Assembly (NCBI GenBank): GCA_046598345.1
Contig: JBKJIT010000004.1
Coordinates: forward strand, 137,226-201,225
DNA from: Minisyncoccia bacterium
GTDB taxonomy: Bacteria; Patescibacteriota; Minisyncoccia; Phycocordibacterales; UBA918
Reading direction: 5' to 3'
Length of the DNA: 64,000 nt
In this document: piece by piece, positions 55,821 to 64,000 of the stretch
How positions within the stretch are numbered: position 1 is the first letter of the stretch
Layout: the number at the start of each line of letters is the position of its first letter
Notes under the pieces: generated by a model
Databases searched by the model: none
The model's input: only the letters and a program-made list of their open reading frames with translations
What the model was told of the DNA's origin: nothing
Program-made: the position numbers and the translations under genes

Positions 55821-56378
55821 CTATTCTGCCTTGAATGATGCGGAAACTCCTTCCACAACCTTGTCAGTTGCAGTAAGAAACTTTTTGTCACCGTTATCAC
55901 TGAAATAGACTACTTGGTAGGTGCTTCCAGCTACAGTGCTTCGGAGTAGTGGTACAGAAGTTGGTGTAAGTCCGTCTGCAGTGTTAAAACGTGCTGCACC
56001 AAGAACTTTTCCTGCTACACCGTTTACATAATCACGAACTACAATCCATCCTGCGTTACTCGGGTATGTCGTGTTACCAAGGGCAACACTCGTGCCAGCT
56101 TTTTGATTAACGACTGTAAGTCGCGCATCACCTGCTGTCGCTGTGCTCGCATTCGGAGTTGCTCCCGGGGTTGCTACAACCTTGTCGGCAGTAGTCTTAG
56201 TGGTAACTGGTGTTCGATCATCAGTAGATGTGGCTTCAGTATCGTTATCCTTTAGTGTATCGACAACTTCCTTTTCAGGTGCTGATGAAAATACCCACAC
56301 GAGAAGACCTCCAATGAGAAGTCCAGCAATAAACGCTACTACGGTCTTCTGCCCTTCCTGCTTTTCTGTTTCTGACAT
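55821..56378 (-). CDS. Hypothetical membrane-anchored T/A-rich protein
   Basis: N-terminal TM segment followed by a low-complexity linker and a beta-rich C-domain. Confidence 0.45.
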   Translation of the reverse strand: MSETEKQEGQKTVVAFIAGLLIGGLLVWVFSSAPEKEVVDTLKDNDTEATSTDDRTPVTTKTTADKVVATPGATPNASTATAGDARLTVVNQKAGTSVALGNTTYPSNAGWIVVRDYVNGVAGKVLGAARFNTADGLTPTSVPLLRSTVAGSTYQVVYFSDNGDKKFLTATDKVVEGVSASFKAE

Positions 56379-56513
56379 AATTTCTTATCTTCAAATCTTC
56401 CTATAATGCCTAGTAATGATGGGGCGATTATAGCATGCATTTTTTTACAATGGCGCCATAGCGTCAAATACGTCATATTTTAGGGAAAAATGTCAATGTA
56501 CAGTGCAGAGAGC

Positions 56514-57341
56514 CTATGTTAGACCCCCAAGAGAAGTAGCTTCCTCTAAGATTTCCGTAATCTTAACACGTGAAAAACCGAGGTTTTGAAGCACATCTGG
56601 GGTTTTTATAAGATCAGAACAAAGGATAATCCCTGCTGCTAGAAGTCGCTGCTTTTGGGCAACACTTAGTTTCGTGAGGACAGTTACTGGATACAGTTTC
56701 CCTCGCTCGATTCTTTCATGGAGCGAAGTTCCTTTTGGGTAATCCCAGCTGAGAAGCTTAAGTCCTGTACATTCAGCATATTTTATTGCCGCCGTCGTAA
56801 ATTTCGTATTTGTGATTACGTATACATTATCAATGCCGCATTCATCTCCCTTACATACGGGATGTGATTTTAGATCAAGAAAACGCGCGTACGAATACAT
56901 CACTACTTGTAAATCAGACTTAGTGCCTGGACGCATATGGAACTTTGCTTCGACGACGAAACTCTCTGCCGGTGTGTACGCCGCAAGATCAACCTCGTGA
57001 AGTGCACACTTCCCTTTGATAAGTAGGCGCTTCTTTACTTTAAATCCCTCGGCCTCAAAAAGCCGTCCTAAGAAATCCTCAAATGGAAAACCAGTAGGTC
57101 CAAGACCATACACGGCTCTGCGTAGGGAATATTTCGCTGCAACATTGTGCTCGTATTCTCTGAGCAGTTCAAACGCCTTTTGGTAAATGACCTGTGTACT
57201 CGCGCCATCAGTGAGCGTAGTTTCTATTTTAGAAACAATTTCATCGATATCGGAATTACGTGCACCAGCGCGCCTAAGCGAGCTCCGTAGTTTAAGTGGC
57301 TTAAAGAGTTCAAGTGTTCCGTCAGCTTTTTTTATCTGCAT
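56514..57341 (-). CDS. ATP-cone domain fused to an Mrr-like (PD-(D/E)xK) restriction-endonuclease domain
   Basis: N-terminus 'MQIKKADGTLELFKPLKLRSSLRRAG' is an ATP-cone. 'ALHEVDLAAY...VVEAKFH' is the Mrr_cat D...ExK motif. Confidence 0.6.
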   Translation of the reverse strand: MQIKKADGTLELFKPLKLRSSLRRAGARNSDIDEIVSKIETTLTDGASTQVIYQKAFELLREYEHNVAAKYSLRRAVYGLGPTGFPFEDFLGRLFEAEGFKVKKRLLIKGKCALHEVDLAAYTPAESFVVEAKFHMRPGTKSDLQVVMYSYARFLDLKSHPVCKGDECGIDNVYVITNTKFTTAAIKYAECTGLKLLSWDYPKGTSLHERIERGKLYPVTVLTKLSVAQKQRLLAAGIILCSDLIKTPDVLQNLGFSRVKITEILEEATSLGGLT

Positions 57342-57343
57342 AA

Positions 57344-58408
57344 TTATGAAATGATGCCCCCGCCCATGCAAACCTCACCATCGTAGAAGACACATGATTG
57401 TCCGGCGGATGGCTGTTCTATTCCGGCAGTTAGCACGGTAAGCATAACACACTCATTTGTATCGTTTGTAATTTCTATTTCAAATGGTTTTTGACGATAT
57501 CTAAATTGTGCCATAAGACGTCTGGGAAGACTGGTACACATTCGATTCACACGTGTGAGTGTGATTGATTCATTTTTTGTATCCAAAACGCGAGGTGATT
57601 CACTCACGGTTATTGTATTTTTTTCAATGTCTTTGGCAATTACATAGTGGGGTCTGCTCTCACTTTCCTTTGTATCAATACTAAAACCATGTCGCTGCCC
57701 CAGCGTGTAAAAATGTGCGCCACCGTGGGTTCCGATTCGCTCACCCTCTATGTTTAGCACTGCTCCTTCGCTCGTCTCTATGTAATGCGAGAGAAATGTT
57801 TCCATATCTACCTGGCCTAAAAAACAAATCCCTTGACTATCCTCTTTGTCAAAAATGGGCAGCCTTGCGTGTTCTGCTTCCTTACGCACGTCAGATTTAT
57901 TCGTGTCCCCAATCGGGAAATATATCTTTGAACGCTGCGCCTCCGTCAATGTGGAAAGAAAGTAACTTTGATCTTTTGATGCGTCCTTCCCTCTGAGAAG
58001 CGCATGACATTCACCTCGCTTCTCGATTTGTGCATAGTGACCCGTTGCGACTTTATCCGCTCCTTGCTCCAAGGCAAAGGTTAGGAATGCGCCAAATTTT
58101 ACGTGTTCATTACACATAATGTCTGGGTTCGGGGTTCTACCCTCTCGATATTCACGAATCATGTAGTCTGCGACTTCTTTTTTATACGCATCCTGCGCAT
58201 CAAAAGTGAGGAACGGAATATTGAGGTGTGCAGCTACACGCATGGAATCAAGACGCTCGCGTTCCCAATTACATTTTAAAAAATCAGGTTGCCAGACTTT
58301 AATAAAAACACCAACAACGGTGTGTCCGCGATCAATGAGGCGTTTGGCTGACACTGCTGAGTCAACGCCTCCAGAAAGTCCTACAAATATTGTTTCGCTC
58401 TTTTCCAT
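57344..58408 (-). CDS. mnmA: tRNA-specific 2-thiouridylase
   Basis: 'VGLSGGVDSAV' PP-loop and the C-terminal MnmA domain. Confidence 0.9.
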   Translation of the reverse strand: MEKSETIFVGLSGGVDSAVSAKRLIDRGHTVVGVFIKVWQPDFLKCNWERERLDSMRVAAHLNIPFLTFDAQDAYKKEVADYMIREYREGRTPNPDIMCNEHVKFGAFLTFALEQGADKVATGHYAQIEKRGECHALLRGKDASKDQSYFLSTLTEAQRSKIYFPIGDTNKSDVRKEAEHARLPIFDKEDSQGICFLGQVDMETFLSHYIETSEGAVLNIEGERIGTHGGAHFYTLGQRHGFSIDTKESESRPHYVIAKDIEKNTITVSESPRVLDTKNESITLTRVNRMCTSLPRRLMAQFRYRQKPFEIEITNDTNECVMLTVLTAGIEQPSAGQSCVFYDGEVCMGGGIIS

Positions 58409-58435
58409 GACAAAAAGCTATCATGAATCCGTGAT

Positions 58436-59422
58436 CTACTCCAGATATCGCGCTTTATTCAGTTTATGCTCCTCAAACGTCTTTGCGTAATGAAATGTAC
58501 CATCGGACCCAGTCAGGTAATAAAGGTATTCCGATGGTGTCGGAATAAGTACTGCACGGATTGCTTCGAGTCCCGGGTTGGCTATCGGTGTTGGTGGAAT
58601 TCCTCGATATAGGTAGGTGTTGTAGGGCGAATCAAGTGCTAGGTCATCTGTAGTGAGTTCAGCGCTGGTTTTATCGAGGAGGTAATCGAGGGTCGCATCG
58701 ACCTGGAGTGGCATTTCCAGTTCGAGTCGATTCAAGAGAATTCCTGCGATCAGTTTCATAGACTCTGGAGTCTTCCCTTCACGTTCGAGAATTGATGCGA
58801 GTGTAATAATTTCTTGTTCACTAAGAGTTGAGGATGCAAAAAGATCACTGAGAGATTTTTTCTTCTCTGAGTAGTTGTCCCTCATCATCGCGATGAGATC
58901 AGGGAGAGGCATATCTTCTTCTATAAAATACGTATCGGGAAAAAGATATCCTTCGTATTCACGTGCTGCCTTTTCTATATCGTTTCTGTAGCTTACGGGA
59001 AGTATTTTTTCCATGTCCTTCACTCGAAATCCTTCGGGGAACGTTATTGAAATAAGTGGAGAGGAGTATTCCCCGTTTGCAATGGCATTTCCCAGCTCTG
59101 TCACCGTGAGTTGATGCGGAAAGCGATAGGAGCCAGCCTGCACTATCGAGTCTTTAAGACGTAATTGGAACGTAATATAAAAGTACACACCTGAACGCAC
59201 AAATCCCTCTGCTTTGAGAAGATCAGAGACACTTGAAACAGTCATTCCTTCTTTGATTTGAACATCGGTATCTACTGGAAAGCCATACGGGGGTTGCTCA
59301 AGTCGGTGAAGGGAAAAGATAAGAAAAAGAGCCACGAGAAGTGCTAAAACGATTAAAATCCTTAGAAAGCGATGTTTCCTTAGGCCTGATTCTGTTTCTG
59401 ACGTAAAAATTTCCGTATCCAT
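58436..59422 (-). CDS. mltG: Endolytic murein transglycosylase MltG (YceG family)
   Basis: YceG motifs 'ASILEREG', 'DSPYNTYLYRGIPPTPIANPG'. Confidence 0.85.
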   Translation of the reverse strand: MDTEIFTSETESGLRKHRFLRILIVLALLVALFLIFSLHRLEQPPYGFPVDTDVQIKEGMTVSSVSDLLKAEGFVRSGVYFYITFQLRLKDSIVQAGSYRFPHQLTVTELGNAIANGEYSSPLISITFPEGFRVKDMEKILPVSYRNDIEKAAREYEGYLFPDTYFIEEDMPLPDLIAMMRDNYSEKKKSLSDLFASSTLSEQEIITLASILEREGKTPESMKLIAGILLNRLELEMPLQVDATLDYLLDKTSAELTTDDLALDSPYNTYLYRGIPPTPIANPGLEAIRAVLIPTPSEYLYYLTGSDGTFHYAKTFEEHKLNKARYLE

Positions 59423-59424
59423 GT

Positions 59425-60756
59425 TTAGCCGACAGGAAGATTTGGCGGAGCTTCAGCTCGTTTTGAAGGAATGCGCCCAACACCCGGTGTGAGTAATACT
59501 TTGCCCGGTAGGTGGAATATAGTGGCCAGTTCTTCAGTAGTCATAATTTTCCAAATATCTTTTGCAGAATGATTTGTATAGTATCTCCGCTTATATTCAT
59601 CAAGCTCTTGTTTCTTTAGGGCTTCTTTATGATGTCCGTGTCGGTCCTGCCACATGTTCCAGTCAAAATCAGTACGCCATTTAAAGCCAATCACATTCCG
59701 ATTGAGATCATCAAACGCTTTCCAGCCAGTGATAATTGGACCAATCCGCTCACCTGGTAAGTAGGCTTCTGTTCGAGCGATGTACATAGTTCGAATAACT
59801 ACGTTAAAAGGGTTTTTTCCTAAACTACGCTCGATTGCCTTTACTGTCTCTTTTTCAGTGTCCGTAAGCTGCATCATGGATGGGAACTCACTCCCTGACC
59901 TTTTTTGTGCAGTATCCATGATTTTCTTGATTTCACTCCGCGCCTCCTCATTCCAGTCTGCGTGCTTTCGGAGAGACCCTACTTTGAAATTTAATTCGCG
60001 GTGCGCGTTAATGAGGATTTGGGTCCATACGTACTCACCTTCTTTGATATTTGCAAAGGACTCAATAAGCGTTGTGATGGGATCAATTTTTTCCTCTTCC
60101 TTTGGCATGTCATTTAGCCCGTAATCAACATACGTTTTAATTGGGAGTGCATCTGCCTTCTTCAGTCCGAAGTGAATTGAAAAGTATTGGAATTTTTCTG
60201 GATCCCATGGAATTTCTGCAGTGTAATCAACCTCAAGTTCTCGAATTTCAATGCCTGGATACTGTGCATAGAGATGGATCTCTGCAATATTTTTAAACTT
60301 CTTACGAGGCACGTTCATATAAAAACGTACGTCTCCTCCTCGTGAGACTATTTCAAGCCCGTACGTAGGGGGGTGCTTTCCATCCAGATACGTTTGAAAA
60401 TGATTATCAGGTGAGGCTGTTTGATACAGTTGAATAAGAACCTGCTCCATTGCTTCAGGAGATTTAAATACGTCCTGTGGAATTTTAATTTCAAGCGTTA
60501 CCCTACCTTGAGCAATGACGTACACCCGTCGTACGTAGTACATCCAATATTCAAAAAAAAGCAGAAAAGTAGTGATTGGAAGCCAAATAGGTGCGGTCGC
60601 AAAAATCCACTTAAAGGTAGTGAGTGAAGGCATTTCGATGTACCTAAATACAGCGAAGAAAAGAAGCCCTCCGAGAGCAACTAGAATCCAGGCGCTATTA
60701 ATTCCAAATCCTTCAAAGAAGCCTAAGGTTTTACCAACTGGTCCCGCTGATGACAT
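59425..60756 (-). CDS. Hypothetical membrane protein (2-3 N-terminal TM helices plus a roughly 350-aa cytoplasmic domain), 3 nt upstream of mltG
   Basis: Topology only. TAGAAT lies 8 nt upstream of the ATG. Confidence 0.5.
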   Translation of the reverse strand: MSSAGPVGKTLGFFEGFGINSAWILVALGGLLFFAVFRYIEMPSLTTFKWIFATAPIWLPITTFLLFFEYWMYYVRRVYVIAQGRVTLEIKIPQDVFKSPEAMEQVLIQLYQTASPDNHFQTYLDGKHPPTYGLEIVSRGGDVRFYMNVPRKKFKNIAEIHLYAQYPGIEIRELEVDYTAEIPWDPEKFQYFSIHFGLKKADALPIKTYVDYGLNDMPKEEEKIDPITTLIESFANIKEGEYVWTQILINAHRELNFKVGSLRKHADWNEEARSEIKKIMDTAQKRSGSEFPSMMQLTDTEKETVKAIERSLGKNPFNVVIRTMYIARTEAYLPGERIGPIITGWKAFDDLNRNVIGFKWRTDFDWNMWQDRHGHHKEALKKQELDEYKRRYYTNHSAKDIWKIMTTEELATIFHLPGKVLLTPGVGRIPSKRAEAPPNLPVG

Positions 60757-60955
60757 GTATGTATATTCTATCGTAAACCCCCGGAAAGACTACGTCTTTC
60801 CGGGTGATAAAGTGCCGGGTACTTTGCAAGACTTTGAGCACAAGGTGAAGGAGGTGAATATCAAAGATAGAGAAGCTGGCCTGGGCCAGTTGATGCGAAA
60901 AGTGTACAGTCTCTGTAAGAGATTTGCAAAACTCCCAATATTCCAGTACCCGTAT

Positions 60956-61981
60956 TTATTCGATCACCATGTAGTTCCCATCAGGAAGTTTTTTGAAAAG
61001 AGTGGTGTCTTGGAGATTTACAATAATTGTGTTGTCCTTCACGTAACGCTCCTTGCGCACTTTATCAATAATTTCTTCACGAGTAAGGGGACCTGAGCGT
61101 GCAAGAATATCGCGGACGACATCCTTCACCACACCAGCAGAGTACCCCCATTCAGTAAGTGCATAGAGACCACGCCCCACCAGAACAAAACGCTTATCTT
61201 TAATGAGTTCATTATGTGTTGTGGCTACGTGTGCCTTTCGGTTGAACAAATTCTTAATTGAGTCAGCAACTTCCTTGAAGTGCATCGGTGAACCATGGCG
61301 CTTAACAGCGAGGTATGCGTAATCTCGAATGCCCTTTGCCCGTACATTATGACTTGTAGCAAGTCCCCATTCTCCGAGCGGGTTACGATCAATTTCCTTT
61401 GAAATTTTAAGCCATCGCTTAAGCACGGCTTCATCATGGTACCGCTCTTCAAGATCTTTAACTTCTTCTTTAAGTCGCTTGATAATATCTTCTTCAGGTA
61501 TAAGTTCTTCTTCTTCAAGTGAATCAAAAATACTTCGAAGAGCCTTTTCAACAGTGTCAGCAATTTTTTTCTCTACATACCAACGATGTGTGAAGTACGA
61601 ATCCTCCCGACTACGATAAAACGGATCACCAATGACAAGGAGAAAATACAAATGGTTGCGCACAGAAATGTCATTTGAAAGCTCATTGAGGAGTGCCTCT
61701 TCACTTACAACTGTACCAAATGAATGAATAACTTCACGAATTTCATCAAAAACTTCTTTAAACTCTTTGTACACTTCTGACTTTTGAATACTGTGGATGC
61801 CGTAGTTCTCGATTTGTCGAACGCGTTCCCGTGTGATGCCATACGTTGTCCCAATAGACTCTAGTGTCTGAGTGGCAGTTGCAGTACCGAGTCCGTATCG
61901 TTTTTCGAGTACGTCCCTAGCTCGATCCGGAAGTACGGAGAGAAGTTTCTTTGTGACTGCTTTAGGTTTAAAAGTGATCAT
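60956..61981 (-). CDS. DNA-binding protein with N-terminal sigma-70 region-4-like HTH and C-terminal winged-helix (HARE-HTH/Mrr_N-like) repeats
   Basis: 'LPDRARDVLEKRYGL...YGITRERVRQIE' is sigma70 region 4. The C-terminal 'FKEVADSIKNLFNRKAHVATTHNELIKDKRFVLVGRGLYALTEWG' is Mrr_N/HARE-HTH-like. Confidence 0.5.
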   Translation of the reverse strand: MITFKPKAVTKKLLSVLPDRARDVLEKRYGLGTATATQTLESIGTTYGITRERVRQIENYGIHSIQKSEVYKEFKEVFDEIREVIHSFGTVVSEEALLNELSNDISVRNHLYFLLVIGDPFYRSREDSYFTHRWYVEKKIADTVEKALRSIFDSLEEEELIPEEDIIKRLKEEVKDLEERYHDEAVLKRWLKISKEIDRNPLGEWGLATSHNVRAKGIRDYAYLAVKRHGSPMHFKEVADSIKNLFNRKAHVATTHNELIKDKRFVLVGRGLYALTEWGYSAGVVKDVVRDILARSGPLTREEIIDKVRKERYVKDNTIIVNLQDTTLFKKLPDGNYMVIE

Positions 61982-62060
61982 AGGGCTTAAAATATGGCTT
62001 CAGGTGGTGGTTTATATAAAGTATTACTCTTTCTATCACGATAAACAAAGAACGTCAAGT

Positions 62061-64000
62061 TCATTCTCTCATAATAAGATTGATTATTCTTCCCGGCTTA
62101 TAAATAACCTTTGTGGGTGTATCTGTTATACGTGACAAAAGTTCCGGAACATTTCGAATAAAATCCATAACCTCACTCTCTGATGCAGTTGGAGAAACGG
62201 TCACACTTCCCCTAATCTTCCCATTAATTTGAACTCCAATAGTTACTGTTTCATCGACGATTTGAGCAGCATCGAATGTGGGCCATTTCTCAAGATGGAT
62301 AGAAGTAGTCTTCCCTGCATTGTGCCAAAGCTCCTCTGTAAGGTGTGGTGCAAATGGTGCAAGGAGTTTTAGAAAGTCTAGATAATCAGATTCAGAAAGC
62401 CCTTCCTTTTCTGCGTGATTCAAGAAGATCATACACGCACTAATTGCAGTATTGAATTTGTAATCAACCATATCACTCGTTAACTTTGCAATTGTCTTCT
62501 GAAGAAGCTTGTTCACTTCCGTTGCTTTAGAAGATATGTGTGCAGAAAGTCCATTCACACGCTCAAGAAAACGCCTTAGTCCTGCAATTCCCCCCATGTC
62601 CCAAGGGTAGTTAGTTACTTCCCCATATGGACCCATAAATGCAAGGTACATTTTTACCGTATCAGCGCCAAGGAGTTTCACTTGCTCATCTGGATCGATA
62701 ACATTGCCCTTCGATTTACTCATTTTATTTCCGTCGGTGCCTAGAATAAGGCCGCGATTGATACGCCGCACATATGGTTCTGCATCCTTTACTAACTTGA
62801 GATCAAAGAGTGCTTTCTGCCAAAACCGTGAGTAGAGAAGATGCATGGTGGTATGTTCAGCACCGCCAAAATAGGTATCAACGGGCATCCATTCATTTTG
62901 TGCTTCATTGCTCGAAAACTCCCCCGAATTGGCGTTATCAATGTATCTAAGGAAATACCATGAGGAGTCAACAAACGTATCCATCGTTTCGTATTCAGGT
63001 GTCCAACCTTTACCAAATATTCGTTCAACTCGTTCTTTTAATTCAGCGCTTTTGGCAAGTGGTGGTTCTCCTGTTGGTTTGAAATCCACATCAGTTGGCA
63101 AGTGCCACGGCAAATGTTTTTTAGGAATCGAGTGTACGTTACCTTCCGGGTCATACACAATTGGAATTGGCACACCCCAGTAACGCTGGCGACCAATAGA
63201 CCAATCACGAAGGCGGTACGTGTTTGTAAGTTTTCCTCCGAACTTTTTAGTAATTTCCCCTTTGGCGGTTTCCGAATCCATTCCATCAAATTCACCGGAA
63301 TTAATAAGAAGACCATTACCAAGAATGGCGAATTTGGATTCTATACAACTTTTAATTAAATTACGAGTTAGAGCTTCATCATTAATATTAGAAATGTAAT
63401 CTGCACTAACGACCACCGGTTGAACAATCAGGTTATATTTTATTGCAAACTGTAGATCACGATCATCATGTGCAGGAACTGCCATAATCGCTCCGGTACC
63501 GTATCCCCCGAGCACGTAATCGGCAACAAAGATTGGAATCTCCGTACCCGTCGCAGGATTAATTGCTTTAACTCCCTTGAGTTCGACTCCCGTCTTTTCT
63601 TTACTGTTGTCTGTTCGTGCAATTTCATCCTTTTGCTTCGCCCTTTCTACGTATGCTCGCACCTCTCCTTTGTTTTCTAGTACTTCGTGGTCATCTTGGA
63701 GCGCGAGAGTGACCCATTGATGCTCTGGAGCAAGCACGAGGTAGGTAGCACCAAAAAGCGTATCGGGGCGCGTGGTAAATACTGTAAGTGCGGCCTTTTC
63801 TCCATTTGGGCCGCGGTTTTCATTTGCTTTTACGTTCCAGGTAAAGTTAAGCAGGAAACTAAGTTCAGCGCCTTTGGATCGTCCGATCCACTGTCGTTGT
63901 GCCTCTTTTATGTGCTCGGGCCAATCAAGTGCGTCCAATTCATCAATAAGCCTGTCAGCATACTGAGTAATTCTGAGCATCCACTGAGGCATCTCACGTT
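62061..64000 (-). CDS. leuS: Leucyl-tRNA synthetase (C-terminal about 645 aa; the N-terminus lies beyond the window)
   Basis: 'GNKMSKSKGNVIDP' (KMSKS) and the LeuRS CP1/editing and anticodon-binding regions. The reading frame is open to position 64000. Confidence 0.92.
   Translation of the reverse strand, partial: REMPQWMLRITQYADRLIDELDALDWPEHIKEAQRQWIGRSKGAELSFLLNFTWNVKANENRGPNGEKAALTVFTTRPDTLFGATYLVLAPEHQWVTLALQDDHEVLENKGEVRAYVERAKQKDEIARTDNSKEKTGVELKGVKAINPATGTEIPIFVADYVLGGYGTGAIMAVPAHDDRDLQFAIKYNLIVQPVVVSADYISNINDEALTRNLIKSCIESKFAILGNGLLINSGEFDGMDSETAKGEITKKFGGKLTNTYRLRDWSIGRQRYWGVPIPIVYDPEGNVHSIPKKHLPWHLPTDVDFKPTGEPPLAKSAELKERVERIFGKGWTPEYETMDTFVDSSWYFLRYIDNANSGEFSSNEAQNEWMPVDTYFGGAEHTTMHLLYSRFWQKALFDLKLVKDAEPYVRRINRGLILGTDGNKMSKSKGNVIDPDEQVKLLGADTVKMYLAFMGPYGEVTNYPWDMGGIAGLRRFLERVNGLSAHISSKATEVNKLLQKTIAKLTSDMVDYKFNTAISACMIFLNHAEKEGLSESDYLDFLKLLAPFAPHLTEELWHNAGKTTSIHLEKWPTFDAAQIVDETVTIGVQINGKIRGSVTVSPTASESEVMDFIRNVPELLSRITDTPTKVIYKPGRIINLIMRE

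Noticed and set aside
60572-61096. Plus-strand 174-aa ORF spanning the 60757-60955 spacer
   Set aside because: It mostly overlaps the well-supported C-terminus of the minus-strand HTH protein. Only the 66 codons in the spacer are free, and the spacer is better explained as the promoter region of the 59425-60756 gene.
1-64000. CRISPR arrays, rRNA operons, integrases, transposases or phage structural genes
   Set aside because: No short direct-repeat arrays, no 16S/23S/5S signature strings, and no recombinase or transposase motifs were seen on either strand.

Overview
This 64-kb window looks like a compact, gene-dense bacterial chromosome segment, almost entirely coding and mostly on the minus strand. 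Low Shine-Dalgarno usage, an archaeal-type AspRS and many small bitopic membrane proteins suggest a CPR/Patescibacteria-like reduced genome; this is my inference.

Recognisable housekeeping content:
- Five aminoacyl-tRNA synthetases: cysS, gltX, aspS, trpS, alaS, plus leuS partial at the 3' edge.
- A partial dcw block, mraY-ftsW-murG, with Dac, scpAB and an M23/EnvC-like peptidase nearby.
- The grpE-dnaK-dnaJ operon.
- A ribosomal/RNAP-alpha block: rpsI-rplM, rplQ-rpoA-rpsD-rpsK-rpsM-rpmJ-infA.
- rplI, rpmA, pepA, mnmA, mltG, ung and murI.

The best-supported non-obvious feature is a T-box riboswitch leader upstream of the archaeal-type aspS. It has the AAAUAGGGUGGCACCGCGG box, a UGGC bulge matching a G73 discriminator, GAC(A) specifier candidates and a 17-bp terminator.

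Other observations worth a second look:
- An ATP-grasp / 5-formyl-THF-cycloligase-like / sensor kinase / PurD-like ATP-grasp / polytopic membrane protein / CvpA cluster that seems AT-richer than its surroundings.
- A 38-nt perfect palindrome and a hairpin-dense ~370-nt noncoding stretch upstream of a consensus, leaderless grpE promoter.
- An ATP-cone::Mrr-like nuclease fusion next to an Ogt-like / Cas4-like Fe-S nuclease pair.
- A 426-nt ORF-free gap at 5984-6409.
- An SLT-domain ORF with no canonical start codon behind a strong promoter.
- A decaying intergenic region with a Nudix-tail-like mini-ORF.
- A zinc-less L36.

No CRISPR array, rRNA or convincing tRNA was found. Coordinates of manually placed elements are approximate to a few nucleotides.
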